DNA of 64,000 nucleotides from an uncultured SAR86 cluster bacterium (lineage in GTDB: Bacteria; Pseudomonadota; Gammaproteobacteria; Magnimaribacterales; D2472): NCBI GenBank assembly GCA_943846785.1, contig OX044367.1, positions 914,831 through 978,830 of the forward strand, in the 5' to 3' direction. The position numbers were made by a program, and so were the translations under genes. The notes beneath the pieces are model-generated. The model had not been told where the DNA came from and did not search any database. It was given only the letters and a program-made list of their open reading frames with translations. Shown here piece by piece: positions 39,917 through 48,965 of this stretch; positions within the stretch are counted from its first letter, which is position 1, and every line of letters begins with the position of its first letter.

Positions 39917-39935
39917 TATCCTAACCACTTGACTA
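39917..39935 (-). promoter_or_regulatory. putative mmsA promoter (-35 TTGATT, 17 nt, -10 TAGGAT) overlapping a shared operator-like motif
   Basis: The minus strand reads TTGATT-aagtttagtcaagtggt-TAGGATA. TCAAGTGGTTAGGATA matches 46383-46398 at 14 of 16 positions, including an identical 11-mer (CAAGTGGTTAG). The -10 box ends 37 nt before the mmsA ATG. Confidence 0.5.
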
Positions 39936-39971
39936 AACTTAATCAATAAAATTTATGTATATATATATTAA

Positions 39972-41537
39972 ATGCATTTCGATATAGCAATAATTGGTTA
40001 CGGTCCTGTGGGAGCAGTTGCAGCAAACATGTTTGGTGCAAGTGGTCATGATGTAGTAGTTATTGAACCAAAAAAAGATATATGGGATATACCTCGAGCT
40101 GTGGCTCTTGATGGACAAACTCAAAGAATTTTTCAGTCAATCGGTATTATTGATGATATAGCCAGAACTTCATTTGAAGGGCTTAAATTTATAAATAAAA
40201 AAGGTAAAGAAATCGTATATGTTGATTTTTCAAATAACCCACAGCCTAATGGATATTATGAAACTGTTGGTTTTAGCCAACCCGATCTTGAAAAAGATTT
40301 GAGATCAAGAGCGCTAAAATATGAAAATATAACTTTTAAATTAGGTAAGTCCCTTACAGAACTATCGTCAGAAATTAATAATAATCATTTAACCATAACC
40401 AATGTAGATACGGGTGAAGAAGAGAAAATTTCATCAACATATGTATTAGCATGTGATGGTGCTAATAGCTTTGTAAGACAAAAGCTTGATATAAGATCCT
40501 TTGATTACAAATGTGATCAAGATTGGATTGTTGTGGATTATGAAATAGATCCAAATTATGAAATTTTAGCTGGCCCTATGCATATATGTGATTATAAAAG
40601 ACCTACAACTGTTGCACATATTTCAGGGCGCCACATTAGATGGGAATTTAAATTTAATGAAGACGACGATGTTAATAAAGTAGAAAAGCATAGCTCAATT
40701 CGTTCAATGATGAAAAAACATGCATGGCGACTAAATCCTGATATTGATATCAATACTGGCAATATACTTAGAGCTAGTAAATATACTTTTCATGGGCTTG
40801 TTGCAGATACCTTTAAGTCAAATAACTGCTTTTTGGTTGGGGACTCAGCTCATCAAATGCCCCCCTTTCTCGGTCAAGGCTTGTGTCAAGGAATAAAGGA
40901 CGTTTACAACCTTCATTGGAAGTTAGATGGAGTGATTAGAGGTAAGTATGCTGACAGGATCTTAGAAACATATTCTGATGAGCGAATATCAATCGTTAAA
41001 TCAGTCACTGAAACTGCTATCAAACATGGCGGGGTTATTGGAACTCAGAATAAATATATAGCTTTGATTAGAGATACATTGCTTAACATGGCCAGAATTT
41101 TTCCAAAATTATTAAGCTTTTTTGATTTTTACCATCCTTGGCAAATTGATAATGGATTGATAGATAAGTCTTTATATCCGAATAAAGCAAACGGTATTGT
41201 AATATCACAACCAAGTTTAGACCTTAAAGTGGATAACAAACCATTTGATCAATTCATAGGTTATTCCTTTGCATTAATAGTTTTTGATCAAAATGAAATA
41301 TTGTTTAATGATATTAAAGCATTAGAAAGCTCAAAAATATTTGAAAATAATATTTATTTGATAGATAAAGATAGTCTATTTAATGAAGATAGTAATTTTA
41401 TAAAGTGGAAAAGGGATAATAATATTTCAGCAGTTATAATAAGACCAGACAGGCATGTATACGGATGTTGTGATGATGAATCAATGATTACAAAAGTTGA
41501 TGAATTAAATAAAAAATTAATAAGCGAGCTAACATGA
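39972..41537 (+). CDS. FAD-dependent aromatic-ring hydroxylase (MhpA/PheA-type monooxygenase family)
   Basis: FDIAIIGYGPVGAVAAN (GxGxxG), CDGANSFVR, and GDSAHQMPPFLGQGLCQGIKD motifs. Confidence 0.8.
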   Translation: MHFDIAIIGYGPVGAVAANMFGASGHDVVVIEPKKDIWDIPRAVALDGQTQRIFQSIGIIDDIARTSFEGLKFINKKGKEIVYVDFSNNPQPNGYYETVGFSQPDLEKDLRSRALKYENITFKLGKSLTELSSEINNNHLTITNVDTGEEEKISSTYVLACDGANSFVRQKLDIRSFDYKCDQDWIVVDYEIDPNYEILAGPMHICDYKRPTTVAHISGRHIRWEFKFNEDDDVNKVEKHSSIRSMMKKHAWRLNPDIDINTGNILRASKYTFHGLVADTFKSNNCFLVGDSAHQMPPFLGQGLCQGIKDVYNLHWKLDGVIRGKYADRILETYSDERISIVKSVTETAIKHGGVIGTQNKYIALIRDTLLNMARIFPKLLSFFDFYHPWQIDNGLIDKSLYPNKANGIVISQPSLDLKVDNKPFDQFIGYSFALIVFDQNEILFNDIKALESSKIFENNIYLIDKDSLFNEDSNFIKWKRDNNISAVIIRPDRHVYGCCDDESMITKVDELNKKLISELT

Positions 41538-42145
41538 ACAAAGTATCTAAATTAAAAACAATTAAAAGTAATAAAACAAAAGGCAGAGAGAATGTTGAGA
41601 AAAGATTAATTGAATCAGCTGCAGTGCTTGTCGGCTCTATAGGGCCTAACCAATTGAGTATCAGAGACATAGCCGACCATGCTGGTGTAAATCATGCTCA
41701 AATACATCACTACTTTGGTGGCAAAGACGGCTTGCTTATTGCTACATACAAGTTACTTGCTTTTGAACATATTGAGCAATTACAAAGAAGAAATGTTTCT
41801 CCAGACAATATGATTAGAGAGCCACTAGGAGATATAACAAATAATTACTTTAAAGCAATCATAAGAGCAGTGCTAGACAACCGCATGGACCTAGTCCGAG
41901 TGCAGGTTGATTCTAATCTATCAATGTCTAAAAAAACTCTAGATCAGTTAGTTAAGTTAAAAAATAAAAAAAAGCCTACTGCTGATATGAAAGCTGCTAT
42001 TGCATTGATTATGGTTCTAGAATTTGGGCTTGCATCAATGAAGCCATATATTATGGAAGTTTTAGATATCAGTGAAGAAGAAATGAAAAAATTCATGGAT
42101 TTATTCTTTAAAGCAAGGGATTTAGGTTTAAATGAAGTTCTATAA
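41534..42145 (+). CDS. TetR family transcriptional regulator
   Basis: HTH LSIRDIADHAGVNHAQIHHYFGGKDGL. ATGA overlap with the monooxygenase and a 14-nt overlap with the sulfatase. Confidence 0.85.
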   Translation: MNKVSKLKTIKSNKTKGRENVEKRLIESAAVLVGSIGPNQLSIRDIADHAGVNHAQIHHYFGGKDGLLIATYKLLAFEHIEQLQRRNVSPDNMIREPLGDITNNYFKAIIRAVLDNRMDLVRVQVDSNLSMSKKTLDQLVKLKNKKKPTADMKAAIALIMVLEFGLASMKPYIMEVLDISEEEMKKFMDLFFKARDLGLNEVL

Positions 42146-43682
42146 TATTTTATTATTATTTTTTACGCTGTCCATTTATAGTCAACCCAATGTAATAATA
42201 ATACTCACTGATGATCTTGGTTGGGGCGATGTTTCATATCATGACGGATTTATACCCACACCAAATATCGATAGTTTTGTTTCAAATGGTATTGAATTAA
42301 ATAGGTTTTACGCTAATCCGACATGTAGTCCTACTAGAGCGTCATTATTAACAGGACTTCATATATTTAATCATGGAGTTATTAGGCCCTTCATGAACCC
42401 ATCAGCTGAACAAACAGGTCTACCCGAACACCTAAAAATAATGCCAGAATATTTTAAAGAGGCTGGTTATCAGACAGCATTATCTGGCAAGTGGCATCTA
42501 GGCATGCATAAAGAAGAATATTTACCAACCAATAGAGGTTTTGATTCTAGTTATGGTCATATGTTAGGTGGTATCGGCTACTATGATCATGTTCACACCA
42601 ATCGAATGGACTGGCATAGAGATGGCGTCTCATTAAGTGAAGATGGATACTCAACAGAATTAATTGCTGATGAAGCTATTAACATAATTGAAAATAAAGA
42701 TGACGACCGCCCTCTTTTTCTTTATGTCGCATTTAATGCTCCTCACACACCAATTGAGGCTCCTGAAGAAGATGTTAATAATTTTTTATATATAGAAGAT
42801 GAGCTAGACCGAAATTATGCTGCAAATATTAGCAAGCTTGATATTGAAATTGGCAGAATTATTAATTCAATAAAAGCTTCTGGGTTGCTTGAGGAAACTA
42901 TCATTATATTTTTAAGCGATAATGGACCTGTTTTCGATATAAATCCTATAGTTAAAACAATTGCACCCGGTTTAACTAAATCTAAGGGCAGTACCGCTGG
43001 TCTTAGAGGTAGCAAAACTTCAGCTCTCGATGGTGGAATAAGAGTACCTGCAGCTATATGGTGGAAAGGAATCCTTGAACAATCAAAAACTGATCAATTT
43101 ATGTTTATACAAGATTTACTTCCAACACTCTTAACAGCAACAGGGATTGGTTATGATGAAGATTTACTCATTGATGGAGTTGATAGATGGTCTAATCTAG
43201 TAACAAATAAAATCACACCTCCTGATAATGCATTTGTTGGAAATAAGATCATCTTTGATGAAAGAGCGCTCTTTAATAACGAATGGAAGCTTTATTATAA
43301 AAAACCAGTAATGTTTAATGTAGAAGGTACCTTTAAGCTTTTTAATATAGTTAATGATCCCTATGAAACTGTAGATTTATCAACTACTGAAATAAATATT
43401 TTTGATGAAATGAAAGATACTTTGATGAATATCAAAGAGCTTAATAGTATAGGTACAATAGACCCTGTGCATGCATACCTGCACGGAGATTCCGAAGGTG
43501 GAGATGTGGTTGGCTCACCTTGGTTGGATAGAGATTACGAGCTTAACGAGCCTGTATCAAAGACGGTAGGTTTGTTTGTAATGATATGGGTTTTAATTCA
43601 ATCATTCAAATATCAACTAATAGGACTAATACTTTTGTTTGTAACATGCCGATTTGCATACAAAAGATACAAAGTTAGATAA
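42132..43682 (+). CDS. Cys-type arylsulfatase with a C-terminal hydrophobic anchor
   Basis: Signal peptide, TDDLGWGD, and the CSPTRASLLTG formylglycine motif. The last approximately 45 aa (VGLFVMIWVLIQSF..LIGLILLFVTCRFAYKRYKVR) are hydrophobic and followed by a basic tail. Confidence 0.85.
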   Translation: MKFYNILLLFFTLSIYSQPNVIIILTDDLGWGDVSYHDGFIPTPNIDSFVSNGIELNRFYANPTCSPTRASLLTGLHIFNHGVIRPFMNPSAEQTGLPEHLKIMPEYFKEAGYQTALSGKWHLGMHKEEYLPTNRGFDSSYGHMLGGIGYYDHVHTNRMDWHRDGVSLSEDGYSTELIADEAINIIENKDDDRPLFLYVAFNAPHTPIEAPEEDVNNFLYIEDELDRNYAANISKLDIEIGRIINSIKASGLLEETIIIFLSDNGPVFDINPIVKTIAPGLTKSKGSTAGLRGSKTSALDGGIRVPAAIWWKGILEQSKTDQFMFIQDLLPTLLTATGIGYDEDLLIDGVDRWSNLVTNKITPPDNAFVGNKIIFDERALFNNEWKLYYKKPVMFNVEGTFKLFNIVNDPYETVDLSTTEINIFDEMKDTLMNIKELNSIGTIDPVHAYLHGDSEGGDVVGSPWLDRDYELNEPVSKTVGLFVMIWVLIQSFKYQLIGLILLFVTCRFAYKRYKVR

Positions 43683-44337
43683 TTTCACATACCTCATTAA
43701 AATCTAAACGAGGAAGTCTCATAAATATTTTAGATGGATCGCCATATCCAATACAACAAAGAAAATTTGATTTAATATTTGTTCCGCTGAAAAATACTTC
43801 ATCAACAATTGCATTATTAAACCCAGACATAGGCCCACAATCTAAACCTAAAGCTCTTGATACCATCATAAAATATGCACCTTGAAGACTGCTATTTCTA
43901 AAAGCAGTTGAGTGATTCATGATTTCATTATTTTTATACATTGGTGCAACATCCATATGTGGAAACAGCTTGCCCATATTGTCAGAAAAATCTAGATCAA
44001 ATCCTATAATTGCAATAACAGGAGCAGACATAACTTTATCTATATTGTTAGGTAAAAGAGATTCTTTGAGTTTAAGTTTTTGTTCCTCACTTTTTATAAA
44101 CTTAAATCGGGCAGGACAGCAATTGGTGCTTGTTGGACCCATTTTTGTAAGCTCATAAATAGATCTAATTAGTTCCTCAGAGACATCTTTATCTTGCCAA
44201 CCATTCATACTTCTTGCTTCACCAAACAATAAATTTAATTGGGAATCATTTAGCGCTTCATTATTATTTTTTAAATTAGAAAAAGTTTCTTGAGCAGCAG
44301 CTACTGCTATTTTTTGATCATCAGTTAGTTCAACCAT
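43675..44337 (-). CDS. rutE: RutE-like nitroreductase-family malonic semialdehyde reductase
   Basis: Close parallel to E. coli RutE as I recall it (..NGW..GPTS.NC.PAR..F..AFRNSS.Q.AY....RALGLD.GPMSGF..SN.L..IGYGD.SK.F.RLPRL.F.E.C). Confidence 0.75.
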   Translation of the reverse strand: MVELTDDQKIAVAAAQETFSNLKNNNEALNDSQLNLLFGEARSMNGWQDKDVSEELIRSIYELTKMGPTSTNCCPARFKFIKSEEQKLKLKESLLPNNIDKVMSAPVIAIIGFDLDFSDNMGKLFPHMDVAPMYKNNEIMNHSTAFRNSSLQGAYFMMVSRALGLDCGPMSGFNNAIVDEVFFSGTNIKSNFLCCIGYGDPSKIFMRLPRLDFNEVCEII

Positions 44338-44339
44338 TA

Positions 44340-45437
44340 TTAGTCCTCAGTAGAAGCTTTTGCAGCCATTTCCATTTCTTTAATCATGCCTGGTATTGTT
44401 GGGTTTTCAGCCCTTGCATTGTCAATTTGATCAACAGGCATAGTTATACCAAAGGTATTTGGTACTTCTGGCCCATATTGAGCCATAGCCAGATCTCTAA
44501 ATCCTGAATTCTCAGTTGGTACTGAAGCATCTATAAGGTCTCCATCAGTCCAATGTTCATGTGTAAATCCATGTGGATCTCTCCAATAATCATACATCTG
44601 ACTACCAAGTAAATGTCTACCTATGCCCCATTCATGATAATACTCATCAACCGTTTTCATATGGTAATGACCTGCCATTAAGTCATCTACTGAATCTGTT
44701 ACCTCATAACCTGCATGTCCATAAGCAACAACATCCATATTACCGGGCAAACCCATGTTATTTAATGTGTGATGATCAACAGGTTTATTACCTTGGTTGC
44801 ATCTCATAAAAGCGCCCATTGAGTTACCATCTGGCCCAATACAGTTATTACTAGTTAAAAAACCAAGAGTGTTTGCATACCAATCAATAGATGCTTGAGG
44901 ATCTTTACAATTAATAGCGGTATGCCCTAATCTTTTTACTTTTGAAGTTAACTCATACACCCATTTATCACCATGAACCTGCCATTCATCAGATGCACGT
45001 CCAAAACGTTGTAATTCATTTTCTCTTTGCTTTGATTGACCTGTATTTAATACTTTTGAAACAATAGCAACAGGTTCTGCAGGTACCATTCCGTGACAAA
45101 CCTCAACTTCAATACCGTCAGGATCAATAATAGTAACTTTATGCCCTCCACCAGGCTCATTATTTTCAACAATATCAACATTAAATTCATTAGATAAAGC
45201 TTCTAAATCTGAATAATTATTAGCTTCATATGCTGAGCCTATATATTTATTTTCATTACCTTTAGTAGCTACATATATATAAGGTGATGTACCTGTTCCT
45301 CTAAAAAAAATACTATTTTCATTTTCATGCGCAAGAATCATTCCAAAATGATTTAAATATTTCTTTTGAGCCTCAAATTCCTCAAGCTCAAATCTGACAT
45401 AAATAATGTCAGCTATTTTACATATAGGTTCTTTCAT
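44340..45437 (-). CDS. two-domain VOC (glyoxalase/extradiol dioxygenase) superfamily protein
   Basis: 365 aa with two beta-alpha-beta-beta-beta-type modules (..YVRFELEEFE.., ..LGHTAINCKDPQASIDWY..). Substrate unknown. Confidence 0.6.
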   Translation of the reverse strand: MKEPICKIADIIYVRFELEEFEAQKKYLNHFGMILAHENENSIFFRGTGTSPYIYVATKGNENKYIGSAYEANNYSDLEALSNEFNVDIVENNEPGGGHKVTIIDPDGIEVEVCHGMVPAEPVAIVSKVLNTGQSKQRENELQRFGRASDEWQVHGDKWVYELTSKVKRLGHTAINCKDPQASIDWYANTLGFLTSNNCIGPDGNSMGAFMRCNQGNKPVDHHTLNNMGLPGNMDVVAYGHAGYEVTDSVDDLMAGHYHMKTVDEYYHEWGIGRHLLGSQMYDYWRDPHGFTHEHWTDGDLIDASVPTENSGFRDLAMAQYGPEVPNTFGITMPVDQIDNARAENPTIPGMIKEMEMAAKASTED

Positions 45438-45439
45438 AA

Positions 45440-46300
45440 TTATTTCTCCTTTAATAATCTAGTAATTTCTGACAAAGCAAGATCTTCATATTTATTAGAT
45501 CCATTGCCATATAATGATTGAATTTCTATCTCCCATTCACCAGTTACATAATCTAATATTCCTTCTTTATAACTGGGTCTAGCTTGAATAATTTTCCAAT
45601 ATTTAGCTATGTTTGGTAAATTCTCACTTGTTAAAAGATTAGTAAATCTCATCTCATTAATTCTATGAAGAATTGAAGTCATGCAGGAGTCTATTGCAGT
45701 ATATTGATCTCCCATCATAAATGGCTTTTCATGTTTAAGAATATCCTCTATATAAACTAGATGCTTGGATAGTGCTAAAACCATTTTTTTACACAACTTT
45801 TCAGGTGGTTTACCAAGAATCCTTAAAAGGATAAAAATAGGTATTCTTTTTTTGATGGAATGTTTGGTTGAATAATCCCAAATAACACTCAGTAAAGATC
45901 TTTTACACAAAAGTCTTACTAAGATAGTTGCTGAAATACCACCAGCGGTTGTTCCTAATGTCTCACCTAGCTCTTTTTTCTCATCAAGTTTTACAAAATC
46001 CAGAAGGTTGTTAAATATATCTTGGTTGATATTTTCAGGAAAAAGATCTGTACCATCAATATAGGTAGAATTAATATGACGCATTATTTGGATGCTGTCA
46101 GGAATAACATTTCCGTTATCAATCATAGTGGGAACTAGATTTTTAGGATTTAACTTTTTGTACTTTTTGGATAGATGGTCACCTTTAGATTCCAAATATA
46201 AAAGATTGTAATCATAAGAAATATTTTTTTCAGATAAAGCAACTCTTGCCATATTTGAGGCAACAGACTCACCGTATCCATATAGCTCTATTTTATGCAT
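45440..46300 (-). CDS. GST-like protein (thioredoxin-fold N-domain, long C-domain)
   Basis: IELYGYGESVASNMARVALSEKNISYDY..NPKNLVPTM.. is typical of a GST N-domain. 286 aa. Confidence 0.6.
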   Translation of the reverse strand: MHKIELYGYGESVASNMARVALSEKNISYDYNLLYLESKGDHLSKKYKKLNPKNLVPTMIDNGNVIPDSIQIMRHINSTYIDGTDLFPENINQDIFNNLLDFVKLDEKKELGETLGTTAGGISATILVRLLCKRSLLSVIWDYSTKHSIKKRIPIFILLRILGKPPEKLCKKMVLALSKHLVYIEDILKHEKPFMMGDQYTAIDSCMTSILHRINEMRFTNLLTSENLPNIAKYWKIIQARPSYKEGILDYVTGEWEIEIQSLYGNGSNKYEDLALSEITRLLKEK

Positions 46301-46348
46301 TAAATTAAATCAAATAATTTCATATGTCATAAGTAAAACATAAATTAT

Positions 46349-46367
46349 TATTTTATCCAACTGGATA
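46349..46367. promoter_or_regulatory. perfect palindrome TATCCA-AC-TGGATA (operator-like site 1)
   Basis: 46354-46367 is TATCCAACTGGATA. The minus-strand reading CCAGTTGGATAAAATA (46349-46364) matches the 46383-46398 motif at 12 of 16 positions. It lies in the divergent GST-like / receptor intergenic region. Confidence 0.45.
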
Positions 46368-46398
46368 GTTGTAATTTTCTATCCAAGTGGTTAGAATA
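46366..46398 (+). promoter_or_regulatory. putative receptor-gene promoter (-35 TTGTAA, 17 nt, -10 TAGAAT) overlapping operator-like site 2
   Basis: TTGTAA-ttttctatccaagtggt-TAGAAT. TATCCAAGTGGTTA (46380-46393) is a 13-of-14 copy of site 1. The -10 box ends 36 nt before ATG 46434. Confidence 0.5.
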
Positions 46399-46433
46399 AA
46401 TAAATCAATATTTATATTTCCTAGGGGGAAAAT

Positions 46434-48860
46434 ATGTCAATTAAAAAAATGTTTTTAACATACACTTTTATTTTTACAGGTCTATATGTTCAGGATGTAA
46501 TATCACAAGAGTCATCTGATTCAAGACTTGAAGAAGTTGTTGTAACAGCACAGAAGAAAGAGGAAGGTCTTTCAGAGGTACCTATTTCAATTCAAGTTCT
46601 TTCTGATGAGATGATTGAATCCAGAGGTGTAACATCAATGAAACATCTTGCTGAATATATTCCTGGATTACATATATCAAAGGGCGCGGGTGAATGGAAT
46701 GTATATATGAGAGGTATTGGATCAGGAACAAATAAAGGTTTTTCTCAATCAATTACAACTTTTATAGATGGCATGCCAATTACTCAAGGGTCTCAATACT
46801 CATCTCCCCTAATGGATGTTGAGAGGGTTGAGGTTTTGAGAGGAACTCAAGGTGTTCTATTTGGTAAAAATACTATTGGTGGTGTTATTAATATGGTTAG
46901 TAAATCACCTACCATTGGTGGTGAAACTGAGGGAAACTGGGGTATTGAATATGTCCCTGAATGGAATACTAAAAAATATAACGGAGCTATGAATATTCCT
47001 GTCAGTGATTCATTTGCAATGAGAATAGCTGTCCAAAAAGAAATGTCAGATGGATGGGTCACAAATGCTTACCAGGACACTGGCAGTAGTCCAGAAAATG
47101 AATCTGAGGCAATAAGAGCTACTATGTTATGGGAATTAGATAATATGGAAGTAAATTTAAAATTATCTTCTTTAAGTTCAGAAAAAAAAGGCTCAGAAGC
47201 TGGTATATATAAATACGAACTTTCTGCACCATTTGGAGCATTAGCAACAGCTACTCCTCCATATACAGGCGCAGTAATTAATTGGAGAATAACTAATGCA
47301 TTCTTCTCAGATCAAATTGTGGGAGTTCCTGGTGTTACTTATTCAGATAATACAACCTATCAAAATCCTACAGGAGGAACTGTTGATTCAGATAATGCAA
47401 TTTTAAAACTTTCCACATCATGGAACGATCATGATGTTGTGTCTACAACATCATATTCTGTATACGATTATAAGTGGGGGCTTGATGCAGATTTTGGACC
47501 TCTTGCTCTAATTGCTGTTGATAATGATGTTGATTTTAAATCTGTAACCCAAGAAGTAACTATATCTTCTCCAGTAGACGATAAATTTGAATATATTTTT
47601 GGTTTTTACTACGATGATATTCATTACGATGGAATAAATGATGGCATGTTTGATATGTCAGTTGGAGGTCTTTTTGGTCAAATATTCCCTCTTCCAAACA
47701 TCTTCGCTCTTCAGACTAGAGGAGCCTTTTCTGCAGATTTTGCTGCCACACATACATCTAATGATCAGAAATCTACTACCAAATCAATTTTTGCTGAAGG
47801 TACCTATTATGTTAGTGATAAATTAACTATAAAAGCTGGTGTTCGTTTTTCTGATGATGAAAAAGATGTTAAAAGTATTCAAGGTATGAGCTCTTCTGCA
47901 ACTCCTGGAGGATTAGGAAGGGAGAACTTTACTTTGGCACCACCAGTACTTGGTGTTTTTAATGCTTTGGCTAGCCGAAAAGTTCATAACTTTCCGATTC
48001 AATCCAGATCAGAAAATCATACTACTCCTTCTTTAAAAGTACTATATGATTTTTCTGATACTACTCGCCTTTATTTAAGTTATGCAGAAGGTTACAAAAT
48101 GGGTGGTTTTGATGGATCTGAAAATGCTCCTCAAATAAACTCCACTACACCTGGTGATGCTTTTCAGTTTGATGCTGAACAGGCTGAAACATTAGAAATT
48201 GGTGCAAAAATGGATTTTCCTGAAAGAAGTCTAAGAGCTAGTTTTGCTTACTTCTCAACCGACTATACAGATATGCAAGTATCAATTTTTAACGGATCAT
48301 CATTTCAGGTTTCAAATGCTGGTGAATCAGAAATAGATGGAGTAGAAGCAGAATTTACTTGGGCTCCAACTGATAATATTGTAATTGGAGGTTCAGCTAC
48401 AACTCTTGATTTTGCATATGGAGCATATGTAGGTGGTTGTACAGCAGATCAAGAAGTTGCTTATAGACTAGCTAATTTAACTAAGATTGGTTGTGTACAA
48501 AATCAAGCTGGACAAACTGGTAATAATGCACCAGAGCTAGCTGCTTCAATGTATGCAAATTATTACAATAATCTAAGTGCAGATTGGGATATGGTCCTTT
48601 CAGTTAATGCGAATTATCAAGATGAGGTATATACAAATACTGACAATGACCCAGATGCTTTTCAAGAAGCTTATACAAAAATTAATTTAAGTGCATCTTT
48701 TGAGCATTCTAACGGGTTAAATGTATCCGTATTTGCAAGAAATGTTACAGATGAAATAACTGCTACCCAACTATTAGACTTACCCCTAGTACCTGGATCG
48801 CATTTTGCACTATGGGCTCCTGGAAAAGAAGTTGGTCTATCAGTTAGAAAAACTTTTTAA
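46434..48860 (+). CDS. TonB-dependent outer-membrane receptor
   Basis: Signal peptide, the plug (EEVVVTAQKK, VEVLRGTQGVLFGKNTIGGVINMVSK), and a barrel ending ..SVRKTF. A strong SD (GGGGGA) precedes the start. Confidence 0.9.
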   Translation: MSIKKMFLTYTFIFTGLYVQDVISQESSDSRLEEVVVTAQKKEEGLSEVPISIQVLSDEMIESRGVTSMKHLAEYIPGLHISKGAGEWNVYMRGIGSGTNKGFSQSITTFIDGMPITQGSQYSSPLMDVERVEVLRGTQGVLFGKNTIGGVINMVSKSPTIGGETEGNWGIEYVPEWNTKKYNGAMNIPVSDSFAMRIAVQKEMSDGWVTNAYQDTGSSPENESEAIRATMLWELDNMEVNLKLSSLSSEKKGSEAGIYKYELSAPFGALATATPPYTGAVINWRITNAFFSDQIVGVPGVTYSDNTTYQNPTGGTVDSDNAILKLSTSWNDHDVVSTTSYSVYDYKWGLDADFGPLALIAVDNDVDFKSVTQEVTISSPVDDKFEYIFGFYYDDIHYDGINDGMFDMSVGGLFGQIFPLPNIFALQTRGAFSADFAATHTSNDQKSTTKSIFAEGTYYVSDKLTIKAGVRFSDDEKDVKSIQGMSSSATPGGLGRENFTLAPPVLGVFNALASRKVHNFPIQSRSENHTTPSLKVLYDFSDTTRLYLSYAEGYKMGGFDGSENAPQINSTTPGDAFQFDAEQAETLEIGAKMDFPERSLRASFAYFSTDYTDMQVSIFNGSSFQVSNAGESEIDGVEAEFTWAPTDNIVIGGSATTLDFAYGAYVGGCTADQEVAYRLANLTKIGCVQNQAGQTGNNAPELAASMYANYYNNLSADWDMVLSVNANYQDEVYTNTDNDPDAFQEAYTKINLSASFEHSNGLNVSVFARNVTDEITATQLLDLPLVPGSHFALWAPGKEVGLSVRKTF

Positions 48861-48902
48861 GTTGAACTATTAATTATTGGTCCCCCTGATCAATAGCTAA
48901 GA

Positions 48903-48943
48903 AAATCATGGTGGAGTAATTGCCTTCACCATGATTTATTTTT
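48903..48943 (+). terminator. rho-independent terminator after the receptor gene
   Basis: AAATCATGGTG (48903-48913) pairs perfectly with CACCATGATTT (48927-48937). The tail is ATTTTT. Confidence 0.65.
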
Positions 48944-48965
48944 CAAAAAATATTAAGGAGAAAAA

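Noticed and set aside
39939-40124. 61-aa minus-strand ORF overlapping the monooxygenase start
   Set aside because: It is antisense to the FAD-binding N-terminus of a confident gene and spans the promoter region. No support.
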